Positions 37,502 to 47,819 of a stretch of 64,000 bases of DNA are shown here, piece after piece (position 1 is the stretch's first letter; every line of letters begins with the position of its first letter). This DNA is from Saprospiraceae bacterium. GTDB taxonomy: Bacteria > Bacteroidota > Bacteroidia > Chitinophagales > Saprospiraceae. The translations under genes were made by a program, and so were the position numbers. The DNA lies in contig DATGWZ010000023.1 in the NCBI GenBank assembly GCA_035299145.1, forward strand, positions 681,801 through 745,800, read 5' to 3'. The notes beneath the pieces are model-generated. The model had not been told where the DNA came from, ran no database searches, and was given only the letters and a program-made list of their open reading frames with translations.

Positions 37502-38629
37502 ATGAAAATAAAACAGTTCCAAATTATTGATAATCAAGAGTATATAATCGAGCAAGATGATAATATAAATGTCGTTTTATGTTTTGGTAGCAAACAACTA
37601 TTGAATAACCAGAATGTGATAACTGATATATCCAAAGCATTTCCAAACGCAAATATAGCATACTGCTCTACCGCAGGAGAAATATATGATAATCAAGTCA
37701 TGGACAACAGTATTTCTGCTGTAGCTATACAATTTGGTCATACAAAGGTTCTTTCAAATAGCATTTCTATTGATCAATTTTCAAATAGTTTTGATGCAGG
37801 CAAAAGCTTAGTTTCTTGTTTTGATACGCAAGACTTACGGTATATTTTTGTATTGTCTGACGGGAGTAAAGTCAATGGAAGCGAACTCGTCAAAGGGATG
37901 AATGAAGTGATAGACGATCATATACCTATCACAGGCGGTTTGGCAGGAGACGGACCTCATTTTCAAAACACCTTGGTTGGACTGAATGAGCCACCGACTT
38001 CTGGCAAAATATTGGCTTTGGCGTTTTATGGTGTTAAATTAAAAGTATCACACAGCTCTATGGGAGGATGGGAACCTTTTGGTTTGCAAAGATTAGTAAC
38101 AAAATCTAAAGCAAACGAACTATTCGAAATAGATGGGAAAAATGCTTTAGATCTTTACAAAGAGTACCTAGGAAAATACAGTGAAGAATTGCCCGGTTCA
38201 GCACTTCTTTTTCCATTATCTGTACAACTCCATGATAGTGAAAATTCTCTTGTTCGTACCATTTTGTCTATTGATAATGAGCGCAAAAGCATGCTTTTTG
38301 CAGGCGATATCCCAGAAGGTAGCAAAGTTAGATTTATGAAAGCAAATTTTGATAGACTGATAGATGCTGCGAGTCAAGCCGCAAATGTATCAGTGACAGA
38401 TTTTAATAGTATAGAGCCTTCTTTAGCTATTCTTGTCAGTTGTGTAGGCCGCAAACTGATATTGTCAGATAGGATTGATGAAGAAGTAGAAGCCGTCAAA
38501 GATGTTTTGGGCAGTCATACTACTATTAGCGGATTCTATTCCTATGGCGAAATATCTCCTCTGTTAAAAGGCACTTCTTGTGAATTGCACAATCAAACAA
38601 TGACCATCACTTGTCTATCAGAAGAGTAA
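37502..38629 (+). CDS. FIST (N plus C) domain signal-sensing protein
   Basis: No TM or signal peptide. ILVSCVGRKL...GFYSYGEISP pattern recalled from FIST_C. 3 nt downstream of the response-regulator stop. Confidence 0.65.
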   Translation: MKIKQFQIIDNQEYIIEQDDNINVVLCFGSKQLLNNQNVITDISKAFPNANIAYCSTAGEIYDNQVMDNSISAVAIQFGHTKVLSNSISIDQFSNSFDAGKSLVSCFDTQDLRYIFVLSDGSKVNGSELVKGMNEVIDDHIPITGGLAGDGPHFQNTLVGLNEPPTSGKILALAFYGVKLKVSHSSMGGWEPFGLQRLVTKSKANELFEIDGKNALDLYKEYLGKYSEELPGSALLFPLSVQLHDSENSLVRTILSIDNERKSMLFAGDIPEGSKVRFMKANFDRLIDAASQAANVSVTDFNSIEPSLAILVSCVGRKLILSDRIDEEVEAVKDVLGSHTTISGFYSYGEISPLLKGTSCELHNQTMTITCLSEE

Positions 38630-38651
38630 TATCCACACAAAACAAAGTAAA

Positions 38652-41600
38652 ATGTATCATAAATTACTGAAAAAACAGATCAATAAGTTCCTAAATGATG
38701 ATCTACAAAAGGATGCAGAAATTCAGGAATTTCTTAAACATATCAATCAGTCATACCTATCCTTTGAGCGTGATAAAGATATAATGAATCATGCATTCAG
38801 TGTCAGTGAGAAAGAATTTCAAGAAGTAAACGAAAGTCTTAAAAAAGAATCTGAAGTAAGACAGATTACAATAGAAAAACTAAAAGAAGTTGTATTTCAA
38901 CTTGTAGATGAAGATCATTTTTTTGACAAATCTGAAAAGGATGATTTGTACAAAATTTCAGAATTTATCAACCTTCAAATACAAAAAAATAAAGGAACAG
39001 AAGAAAACCTAAAACGGACCATAAACTTATTCAAAACGCTATTAGCCAATCTCCAATCAGGTGTATTGGTTGAGAATGAAAATAGAGAAATCTTATTTAC
39101 CAATCATCTTTTTTGCAAAATGTTCGAAATACCGGCACCTCCAGATGCTTTGATAGGTGCTGACTGTTCTCAATCTGCAGAATTGAGCAAACATCTATTT
39201 TCTGATCCAGAAAGTTTTGTGTTATCAATAAATAAAATTCTTAATGAACAAATACCTGTTTACAATGAACTGATAGAAACAGTTTCTGGTCATTTCTATG
39301 AGCGCGATTACGTTCCGATCTTTATTGACAAGATATATAAAGGTCATTTATGGCAATACAAAGATATCACTGAAAGGGTCAATTACGAAAAACTCCTTCG
39401 CGAAAATGAAGAGCTAAATCGACTCATCATGGATACTGCCATGGATGCCATTACCCTGGCTGACACCAAAGGAGTTATCAGGTATTGGAATCCTGCAGCC
39501 GCTCAGTTATTTGGGTTTGCCAATGAAGATGCTATCGGAAGCAAATTGGCAGATACCATCATACCTATGAGACTTCGGGATGCGCATGAATCAGGCATGC
39601 AAAGATTTAATACAACTGGCGTAGGCAGAATATTTAACATGAGGCTAGAGTTACCAGCCTTACATGCTGACGGTCATGAGTTTCCAATAGAAATGTATAT
39701 CATAGGTTTTGAACAAAAAGGAGAGAAACTTTTTTGTGCTTTTATTAAGGATATAACTGAAAGAGTCGAAGCACAAAAAATTATTGACCAACAATTACAA
39801 CTGCAGGATTTACTCATCAATATATCATCTACATATATTAACATAGACCTTGATCAGGTCGAACACACTATAAATAAATCATTGCAAGAACTTGGCAAAT
39901 TTGTGGGAGCTGACCGGGCATATATTTTTGATTATGACTTTGAATTAAATACCACTTCCAATACTTATGAATGGTGCGAAGAAGGTACCACACCTGAATT
40001 TAATAATCTACAAAACGTTTCACTTGATTTTATGCCACAATGGGTAGAAAAACATAAGCAAGGTCTACCATTTTACATTCCCGACATGGAGTTACTTCCC
40101 TATGAAGGACCTGAAAGCCTTCGAGGCGTATTAGAGCCACAAGGAATAAAAAGTCTTATCACCATCCCAATGATAAGTAATAGTAAACTGATAGGTTTTG
40201 TAGGCTTCGATTCCGTAAAAGATAAACATGAATATTCTGAAAAAGAAATGAAGTTGTTGTCTCTTTTTGCCCAAATGTTGATTAATATATTCGAAAGAAA
40301 AAGAAAAGAAAACCTCCTTACAAAACAAGAAGAAAAATATCGTAATATTATAGCAAATATGAATCTTGGCTTATTGGAAGTGACACCAGACGAGACCATT
40401 ATTTTTGCTAATCAAAGCTTTTGTGATATGTCAGGTTATACAATTGAAGACTTGAAAGGAGAAAAAGCAATCAAATTTTTATTGTACGATGACGACCAAG
40501 AAGTATTAAACGAAAAGCTAAAACTGCGAGAAAAGGGTCAGTCAGACAGTTACGAAATAGCCGTCAAAAACAAGCAAGGTGAAATTCGCTGGTGGTTTAT
40601 CAGCGGAGCCCCAAATTATAATGATCGCAATGAATTAATTGGCTCCATAGGTATCCATCTAGACATTACCAATCAAAAAAAATTGGAAAAAGAACTGGAA
40701 AAAGCCAAACTGCAAGCTGAAGATGCATCTCGCGCCAAGGAATCTTTTCTGGCCAATATGAGTCATGAAATCCGTACACCACTTAATGCGATCATAGGTA
40801 TGATCAGAGAGTTGGGTCGTGAAGAACTGACCCCAAAACAAAACTCATACGTTAGCCATAGTGAGACAGCCGCAAGACACCTACTCACTATCGTCAATAA
40901 TATCCTTGATATGTCAAAGATCGAAGCTGGCGAATTGATTATTGATGCTAAGGAATTTAGCTTAATGTCAGTGATCGGAAATGTCATCAGTATCCTACAT
41001 TCAAAAGCACAAGAAAAGAAACTTGAACTTAATTACCATATAAGTCCTGATATCAAACCTGCCCTAATAGGCGATAGCGGTAGAGTCAGACAAATCCTTA
41101 TAAATCTAGTAGGGAATGCCATAAAATTTACCGATGCAGGCAAAATAGACCTTTCAGTAAATGTAAAACAAACCAATCAATATTTCCAACAACTAAGTTT
41201 TGAAATCAAAGACACAGGAATAGGTATGAATAAAGAATACCTAAATCAAATATTTAATAAGTTTTCGCAAGAAGAAGGGTCAGCCGCAAGAAGATACGAA
41301 GGTACTGGTCTTGGGATGACCATTACAAAAGAAATGATAAACCTTATGGGCGGAAATTGCGAAATACAAAGTGAAAAAGGAATAGGCACAACAGTAACAT
41401 TTAACCTTACACTACCTGTAGGTGACGAAAATAAACTGGTTGATAAAGATAGTTACCTTGTGGATGATAGCTTGCAAAATCTTAAGATTCTTTTGGTAGA
41501 AGATAATGAGATGAATAGCTTTATTGCATGTCAAAGTTTACATTATTTTGGGTGTATCGTAGATACTGCAAGTAACGGTATAGAAGCGATAGAAAAATTA

Positions 41601-42230
41601 GCAGTCCAAAAACCAGACCTTATTTTAATGGATATCCAAATGCCTGAAATGGACGGTATAGAAGCCACCAAATTTATTAGGGACGAAATGGCTATCTCTA
41701 CCCCAATAATCGCCTTGACGGCAAATGCATTTAAGCGCGACATAGATTTATATTTATCTATTGGTATGAATGATTATGTCACTAAACCATTCGAAGAAAA
41801 TGTACTATTTAACACCATTGCAAATACGCTAAATATTAAAACAAAAACACCAACTCTGACTAATATTTTGCAAAGCAAACCATCAAATGAGACACCATTG
41901 TATGATCTTACAAATATTAAAACATTGAGTCGTGGCGATCAGTCTTTTGTCAATAAAATGATTGAAATTTTTGTAGAACATACCCCAACTTCTGTGACTG
42001 AAATAAAAGTCGCTTTCGAAAATCAAGATTACTTGACGATCAGTAAGATAGCACACAGAATGAAACCAAGTATTGACAATATGGGCATTCATTTACTAAA
42101 AAATCCCATCAGAGAGTTGGAGTCAAGTGCCAAAATGGAAGTCGTGGATGATAAAAAGGTCGAATTATTAATAGAAAATATTGAAAATACCTTGGCAAAA
42201 GTGATAGAGGATTTGAAGGCAACAACTTAA
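38652..42230 (+). CDS. soluble hybrid sensor histidine kinase (coiled coil, PAS x2-3, GAF, HisKA, HATPase_c, REC, HPt)
   Basis: H-box MSHEIRTPLNAIIGM. N/G boxes LINLVGNAIKFT and DTGIGM...GTGLGM. REC LVEDNEMN...LILMDIQMPEMDG. HPt AHRMKPS. No TM helices. Confidence 0.9.
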   Translation: MYHKLLKKQINKFLNDDLQKDAEIQEFLKHINQSYLSFERDKDIMNHAFSVSEKEFQEVNESLKKESEVRQITIEKLKEVVFQLVDEDHFFDKSEKDDLYKISEFINLQIQKNKGTEENLKRTINLFKTLLANLQSGVLVENENREILFTNHLFCKMFEIPAPPDALIGADCSQSAELSKHLFSDPESFVLSINKILNEQIPVYNELIETVSGHFYERDYVPIFIDKIYKGHLWQYKDITERVNYEKLLRENEELNRLIMDTAMDAITLADTKGVIRYWNPAAAQLFGFANEDAIGSKLADTIIPMRLRDAHESGMQRFNTTGVGRIFNMRLELPALHADGHEFPIEMYIIGFEQKGEKLFCAFIKDITERVEAQKIIDQQLQLQDLLINISSTYINIDLDQVEHTINKSLQELGKFVGADRAYIFDYDFELNTTSNTYEWCEEGTTPEFNNLQNVSLDFMPQWVEKHKQGLPFYIPDMELLPYEGPESLRGVLEPQGIKSLITIPMISNSKLIGFVGFDSVKDKHEYSEKEMKLLSLFAQMLINIFERKRKENLLTKQEEKYRNIIANMNLGLLEVTPDETIIFANQSFCDMSGYTIEDLKGEKAIKFLLYDDDQEVLNEKLKLREKGQSDSYEIAVKNKQGEIRWWFISGAPNYNDRNELIGSIGIHLDITNQKKLEKELEKAKLQAEDASRAKESFLANMSHEIRTPLNAIIGMIRELGREELTPKQNSYVSHSETAARHLLTIVNNILDMSKIEAGELIIDAKEFSLMSVIGNVISILHSKAQEKKLELNYHISPDIKPALIGDSGRVRQILINLVGNAIKFTDAGKIDLSVNVKQTNQYFQQLSFEIKDTGIGMNKEYLNQIFNKFSQEEGSAARRYEGTGLGMTITKEMINLMGGNCEIQSEKGIGTTVTFNLTLPVGDENKLVDKDSYLVDDSLQNLKILLVEDNEMNSFIACQSLHYFGCIVDTASNGIEAIEKLAVQKPDLILMDIQMPEMDGIEATKFIRDEMAISTPIIALTANAFKRDIDLYLSIGMNDYVTKPFEENVLFNTIANTLNIKTKTPTLTNILQSKPSNETPLYDLTNIKTLSRGDQSFVNKMIEIFVEHTPTSVTEIKVAFENQDYLTISKIAHRMKPSIDNMGIHLLKNPIRELESSAKMEVVDDKKVELLIENIENTLAKVIEDLKATT

Positions 42231-42283
42231 ATTAGAGAATAGTAGAATATTTTCATAATCTTCAAAGGTTTTAATCAAATTTC

Positions 42284-42318
42284 TTCCAATAAGAAACATA
42301 AAATTCCATAATTTGGAA
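42284..42318. promoter_or_regulatory. tandem operator/UAS pair (half-site plus perfect TTCCA-N5-TGGAA)
   Basis: TTCCA at 42284-42288 (right half degenerate) and 42304-42318 TTCCATAATTTGGAA, in a 20-bp register. 107-141 nt upstream of the ATG at 42425. Confidence 0.55.
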
Positions 42319-42385
42319 TTTAAAACCTATCAATTTATTCCTATGTTATTGATAATGTGATTATTATGAAAGAGGATTGATTTTT

Positions 42386-42401
42386 GGCATACTGCTCATG
42401 T
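42386..42401 (+). promoter_or_regulatory. TGGCAT box (sigma-54 -24-like; no -12 GC)
   Basis: TGGCATACTGCTCATG, 39 nt upstream of the ATG at 42425. Confidence 0.3.
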
Positions 42402-42424
42402 ATTTACAAATAAAAAATAAACAC

Positions 42425-45400
42425 ATGAGACTCATTTTTATTATTCTATTAGCTTGGGTAGCCTTCTCCACCACATTGATTGCTGGTGGCGCACCTTCTA
42501 CCTACTTCAATATATATTTACCACCCAATAACGACCCTGTACAGCGCAATGTAGCGCTTATTGTCACGGCCATCTATGATGAAACAACATTTACCATTAC
42601 AGATGATGATGCGGATGGTGACAATGATGATACGGTGACGGGAACACTGAGCGCTGGTCAATCTTATGTACTCTACATCAAAGATAATGGTATCAATGAT
42701 GATGCTCAGTATGCTTCTGGAGGAGTACTAAAAAGAGATGGCGATTATTTTATTATCAATAGCTCAAAATTGGTTTTTGCTTCCATGTCCACGGATAGTG
42801 ATTGGCAACATGACTTTGTACCTAGTGTAAATAAGACATCCTTAGGTGGTAAATTTATCATTTATGCCCCAAAAATTACATCTTCTAAGCGTGATTTGAA
42901 TGTTTTTGCATTTGAAGACAATACAACTATTACAATATCCAAAATATCATCTGTACCAACAACTGCTACAGGGTATACAAACATAGATATTGATGCTAAA
43001 ACCATTGTAAAACAACGTACAATAAATCGAGGACAAGACATCATTCATCACTTTCAGGATGGCAGAGATGTGATGGAGACAGGAGCAACCTATATGATAG
43101 AATCCAATAAACCTGTATCTGTGCAATATGGTGCTTTATGGGCAAATGCTAGAGATGGCGGCGGGTACGTACCATCTTCTAATGGATCTTCTAGCGGAGA
43201 TCTATTCTATTTTGCAGTACCCTATCAGTCTATTGGCGAACAAGAAATAAGAATCGTGTCTTGGGATGATAATAACGCCGTTACACTTGAAAGATATGAA
43301 AATGGCAGCTGGATCAATATGAAGTCCTGGACAGTCAATCGTCTAAAGCCTGCTGACTGGATAGGAAAGAAAAATGGTAATGCGACTTATCCCACAGTGT
43401 TCAGAATTAGCTGTACACCTAATAAAAAGGTATCCGTATTTGAATGTAATTGGATGGAAACAGGTAGTCCAGGTACATCTGATATGGCATCAATGGTTTC
43501 TTCAGAAGCTGGAACAGATGCTGGCAAAGAGTTTTTAGTATACCTACTCCCTCCAGGAAATCAAAACAATGTTATAAATCCATTCACAGGTCAATTATTT
43601 GGTGGTAACTTTGCACATTGCTACATCTATGCAGGAGATCAAGCGGCAAATGTCACAATAAAGGATACTAAAACTAACGGATCGATTATCAATAGAACTT
43701 ATACTATCCAGCCAAATAGATACGTCGATGCCTTTTTTACATTGAATGAATGGAAGAGCATTTATAATGGAAATGGAAACCCAGATTCTGGACCCGATAG
43801 ACCCTATGTTTTGATAGAATCTAATCAAAATATTTCTGTTATGAACTCCAATACCAATGACAACTGGATGATGTATTTTGGGTCGTCACTTGAATCAGGA
43901 TTCTCACAAGTTGGTGATGCATCTCAGAATTCGGCTATACCTGGTGATAACATCACTTTTACATCTGTCATTACGAATGGTAGTAGCACTTTGACAAATA
44001 CAGAATTGCAAGTTGTCATTGGTTCTGGTGCCGTACCATCTTCATCTGAAGTTAATCTAGGCAATCAGAATATCCCAGGTGTCATTACATCTAATGAAAA
44101 CCAATCTACAATCACATTCAATAATGTACCAAACTTAGCTGCAAATCAACAAGTTTCTATCGTTACTGAATTAGTCATAAACCCAACTTTTAATAATGGG
44201 AATCCAATACCAAATAACACAGTCATTTCTATAGAATCTTCAGTAACTGGTCTTGTCAATGGTCAAGTGCAACAGTCAGTAATCACTGAAGGTATCCAAA
44301 ATAATTCAAGTAATCTATCTCAATTATTATTTAATCCATGCGCTACAGGTGTTTTGGGAGATGTGGCTACAGATAGCTGGAATATAGCTTGGGTAGATTA
44401 CAATAACGATGGGTGGGAAGATCTTTTTGTCACAGATCGTAATCCATCAAAACCCAATCTTTTGTTCACCAACAGTGCTGGTAATAATTTTTATAAAGCG
44501 ACCAATGGTCCACTAGTCAATTTAACAGAAAAAACAGTTGCTTCGGCATGGGGAGACTATAATAATGATGGTTTGGTAGATGTTTTTGTGGTGAATGCGA
44601 CAGGTACTCAAAGTAGATTATTCAAAAACGTTAACGGGAGCTATGTAGAAGTATCCAATACTGGACTAGATGTAGATCCACAATATTTTCATGGAGCTGC
44701 TTGGTTTGATATGGACAATGATGGTTTTCTGGATTTAATTGTTACCAATTATTTTGAGACAAAATTTCATAAAATATATCGTAATAATAAGAATGGCACC
44801 TTTACATCCCTTAAAGATAACCCTATTGCACTGGAAAGTAACAGATCCACAATGCCTGCTTTGGCAGATTATAATAATGATGGATTGGTAGATGTCTTTA
44901 TTCCGAATGGCAACGATAAGCCTAATTCTTTATTCAAAAATATAGGAAATGGTAATTTTGAAAAGATCACTCAAAGCGTACTTTCTGCCGCATCCCAAAA
45001 TAGTGTAGGTGCTTTGTGGGCCGATTATAATAATGATGGATGGGTAGATTTATATGTTTTAAATGCATCAAAACAACAAAATGAATTATTCAAAAACTTA
45101 GGTGATGGTAATTTTGAAAAAATAAACAACACTGCGCTTACTGAATCATTTGCCGACACCCATACAGCACTATGGCTAGATCATGACAATGATGGCGACT
45201 TAGATTTTTATATGTCAAATGATCAAGGTTCGAGTTTTTATTACATCAATAATGGGAATGACGATTTTACAAAAAAATTGGGTGAAATGGTAAGTTCAAA
45301 CTTTGGACATGCTATGGGAGCAGCTTCAGCCGATTATAATAGAGATGGACATATTGATATTTTTGTGGCTACACACACTAATGATAAAAATAAATTATTC

Positions 45401-47038
45401 TGTAATCAGTCTCATGAAAATAATCATTTTATCAATATTAAACTGGTAGGTACTTATAGTAATAAATCTGCTATAGGAAGCTCCATTAAAATAACTGCTA
45501 ATGGTCAGAGTCAATATCGTCAAGTGCTGCCTGTACAAGGATTGGGGAGTCAGAATAGCTTACGACAACACTTCGGTTTAGGTAATGCTACTACCGTTGC
45601 TACTATAGAAATAAAGTGGCCATCAGGATATGTTCAGATACTTAACAATATAGCAGTAGATCAGTTTGTCACCATTATAGAGGAAGCCGCAAACCTTGTC
45701 ACGGGATTTGCTTTTAGTGATGATAATGGTAATTGTACGTGGGAAGAAGGTGAACAAAAAATTGAGAATATTGCATTTACGATAGGATCTAATCAATCAA
45801 CATTCACATCCCGTAAAGATGGTATATTTGACCAGAGAATTGGAGCAGGAAATCATACAATAACGCTACAACCCAATGATTACTGGAGTCTAAACTGTTC
45901 ATCATCGGTGAATGTATCAGGAAACAATAACACTTTTAATATAAATCTGCCCCTGACAAAGATTGCAAATGGTGGTGATGCAGGTATCAGCTTTGGCGTC
46001 ACTGCTTGGAGAAGGGGATTTGCAAGCGAATCTATTCTTAGATATTACAATCAAGGTACTGCCAATGCGACAAATGCCAAAATAGAAGTAACTTACCCAT
46101 CGGGAATTGAACTGAAATCAGCAAGTATTCCTTGGACGGAGAAAATTGGTGATACTTATATATGGCAAATTGGCAATATCAATCCGGGAACAGATTTCAC
46201 CATCAATTTGCGCGATTCAGTAACTTTGGCGGTAACGGTCGGACAATTTTTGACACTAAATGCAAATATTATAACCACAAATTCAGATCTAAATCCTGCC
46301 AATAATACATTTACTGAAAATTTAGAAATAGTAGGCGCCATAGACCCGAATGACATCTTGGTTACACCGCGTGGTGAAGGCAAAGAAGGTTTTATAAAAA
46401 AAGACCAAACTTTAAAATATCATATCCGTTTCCAAAATGTGGGTACTTATGCAGCTTCTAGAATTGTATTGGAGAATCAATTATCAAAACACCTAGATTG
46501 GAATACTTTCAAAATAGAATCAGTAAGCCATGAAGGATATCACTATAGTATTGATGACAAAGGTTTATTAACTGTGAGGTTTAACAATATTGAATTACCT
46601 GACAGTACTAGCAATGAAGCGGAAAGTCACGGGTTTTTTATCTATACCATAAAGGCATTTGGAGATGTCAAGGGTGGAGAAAGAATTGAAAACAGTGTTT
46701 TAATTACATTTGATTATGAAGAATCTTTACAATCCAATGTAGTCGTAAATACTATTAAATATAATGGTAAACCTAATACAAAAAGCTTACATATATTCCC
46801 TAATCCTGCCACTGACTTGGTAAACGTTATAGGAGACGCTGGCGATATTCTGAAAGATCTTCCTTTATTACATACCATCAAAATATTAAACTTTGCAGGG
46901 AGCGTTATCAATGTAATTAACAATACTGAGAAGTATAATATTGATATTAATGTAAGCCATTTAGCGCCAGGTATTTATTATATAACTGGTTATGATTATG
47001 ACGGTCTTATTTATCAAGGGAAAATGGTGAAGATGTAA
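42425..47038 (+). CDS. ~1537-aa T9SS-secreted protein: four N-terminal ~110-aa repeats, 7 FG-GAP/VCBS repeats, an UnbV/ASPIC domain (CRTAC1-like), Ig-like/CARDB-like domains and a T9SS C-terminal domain
   Basis: Signal peptide MRLIFIILLAWVAFSTTLIAG. Seven xxDYNNDGxxDLFVxN repeats. KWPSGYVQIL UnbV-like segment. C-terminal LHIFPNPATDLVNVIG...GIYYITGYDYDGLIYQGKMVKM. I prefer the ATG at 42425 over the TTG at 42377. Confidence 0.85.
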   Translation: MRLIFIILLAWVAFSTTLIAGGAPSTYFNIYLPPNNDPVQRNVALIVTAIYDETTFTITDDDADGDNDDTVTGTLSAGQSYVLYIKDNGINDDAQYASGGVLKRDGDYFIINSSKLVFASMSTDSDWQHDFVPSVNKTSLGGKFIIYAPKITSSKRDLNVFAFEDNTTITISKISSVPTTATGYTNIDIDAKTIVKQRTINRGQDIIHHFQDGRDVMETGATYMIESNKPVSVQYGALWANARDGGGYVPSSNGSSSGDLFYFAVPYQSIGEQEIRIVSWDDNNAVTLERYENGSWINMKSWTVNRLKPADWIGKKNGNATYPTVFRISCTPNKKVSVFECNWMETGSPGTSDMASMVSSEAGTDAGKEFLVYLLPPGNQNNVINPFTGQLFGGNFAHCYIYAGDQAANVTIKDTKTNGSIINRTYTIQPNRYVDAFFTLNEWKSIYNGNGNPDSGPDRPYVLIESNQNISVMNSNTNDNWMMYFGSSLESGFSQVGDASQNSAIPGDNITFTSVITNGSSTLTNTELQVVIGSGAVPSSSEVNLGNQNIPGVITSNENQSTITFNNVPNLAANQQVSIVTELVINPTFNNGNPIPNNTVISIESSVTGLVNGQVQQSVITEGIQNNSSNLSQLLFNPCATGVLGDVATDSWNIAWVDYNNDGWEDLFVTDRNPSKPNLLFTNSAGNNFYKATNGPLVNLTEKTVASAWGDYNNDGLVDVFVVNATGTQSRLFKNVNGSYVEVSNTGLDVDPQYFHGAAWFDMDNDGFLDLIVTNYFETKFHKIYRNNKNGTFTSLKDNPIALESNRSTMPALADYNNDGLVDVFIPNGNDKPNSLFKNIGNGNFEKITQSVLSAASQNSVGALWADYNNDGWVDLYVLNASKQQNELFKNLGDGNFEKINNTALTESFADTHTALWLDHDNDGDLDFYMSNDQGSSFYYINNGNDDFTKKLGEMVSSNFGHAMGAASADYNRDGHIDIFVATHTNDKNKLFCNQSHENNHFINIKLVGTYSNKSAIGSSIKITANGQSQYRQVLPVQGLGSQNSLRQHFGLGNATTVATIEIKWPSGYVQILNNIAVDQFVTIIEEAANLVTGFAFSDDNGNCTWEEGEQKIENIAFTIGSNQSTFTSRKDGIFDQRIGAGNHTITLQPNDYWSLNCSSSVNVSGNNNTFNINLPLTKIANGGDAGISFGVTAWRRGFASESILRYYNQGTANATNAKIEVTYPSGIELKSASIPWTEKIGDTYIWQIGNINPGTDFTINLRDSVTLAVTVGQFLTLNANIITTNSDLNPANNTFTENLEIVGAIDPNDILVTPRGEGKEGFIKKDQTLKYHIRFQNVGTYAASRIVLENQLSKHLDWNTFKIESVSHEGYHYSIDDKGLLTVRFNNIELPDSTSNEAESHGFFIYTIKAFGDVKGGERIENSVLITFDYEESLQSNVVVNTIKYNGKPNTKSLHIFPNPATDLVNVIGDAGDILKDLPLLHTIKILNFAGSVINVINNTEKYNIDINVSHLAPGIYYITGYDYDGLIYQGKMVKM

Positions 47039-47063
47039 CAAAAGAAACTAATTTTTGAAAATA

Positions 47064-47102
47064 AAAGAGCCATCAGTAATAAAATACTTGAAGGCTTTTT
47101 TG
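47064..47102 (+). terminator. weak intrinsic terminator after the T9SS cargo gene
   Basis: Imperfect stem AGCC-TCAG / TTGA-GGCT followed by TTTTTTG. Confidence 0.35.
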
Positions 47103-47620
47103 TTTTAATCATATCAATTATGATCTAAATTTTTGTCATAGTAACTGATCCGCTTTATACTGGCATTGAAATAATGAATTGAAAATTCTAAATAAGCATT
47201 GCTTACTTGCCATACAGAAGCTCATTGATTATGGGTCTTTCTATATTTTTAAGTTTCGGTTTGTGTACTACAGATTTTAGTTTTATGAACGGTTTATGAT
47301 GTTTTTCAAAGTTCTGTGTTACTGAACTATATTAATTTCTGAATTGTAATTCAATCTTCAGAAAATTAAAAACAAAGGATCTAATATGCCATACATTCAG
47401 CACTTATAGTTCTGACAATTGGTAAACTCTGATTATGCGTTAGAACTTTGTAATGAGAAGCTAAAATGCAATAAATCAGCTATTTATATCCAAAAAGCGT
47501 AGCATCGCTACGGTTACAACGGAAAAATAGTCCGCCTTGGTGGATTCTGATTTTCAGACCTTGTCAAGCCAAAGGCATGAAGTTTAGCTTCGGAATTGAT
47601 TTTCTAAAGCATATTTCGGG

Positions 47621-47819
47621 CAATGTCGTTAAGTTAAGGTGTTTTTAATGTTTTTACCAATCCTAAATTGGTATCCACAAGCCGGTGTTTGTGGTTCCTT
47701 CATTATTGAGTGAAATCGTTCACTCAATTTGCTTTGCAACCATTCAGTCATCTTAAAATGGACTGTGTGACGCCATAGCGTTAAGGACTTCATAAATCTG
47801 TTTTAACTAAACGACATTG
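47621..47819. mobile_element. 199-bp MITE-like element (alternatively a structured ncRNA) with 17-bp terminal inverted repeats and a 10-bp flanking direct repeat
   Basis: Left TIR CAATGTCGTTAAGTTAA (47621-47637) and right TIR TTAACTAAACGACATTG (47803-47819) are complementary at 16 of 17 positions. An identical ATATTTCGGG lies at 47611-47620 and 47820-47829. There is no ORF inside. Confidence 0.45.

Noticed and set aside
42386-42401. Calling TGGCATACTGCTCATG a bona fide sigma-54 promoter
   Set aside because: The -12 GC is absent at the canonical spacing; GC occurs 4 nt too early. I kept it only as a conserved TGGCW box with low confidence, not as a confirmed -24/-12 promoter.
42377-42424. N-terminal extensions from non-ATG starts in the ORF track (42377, 28074, 55543, 14875)
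   Set aside because: Downstream in-frame ATGs give canonical signal peptides or lipoboxes (42425 MRLIFIILLAW, 55690 MNKLFNFIIILLAAC) or leave room for the promoter-like boxes (28101). The extensions would overlap putative promoter elements.
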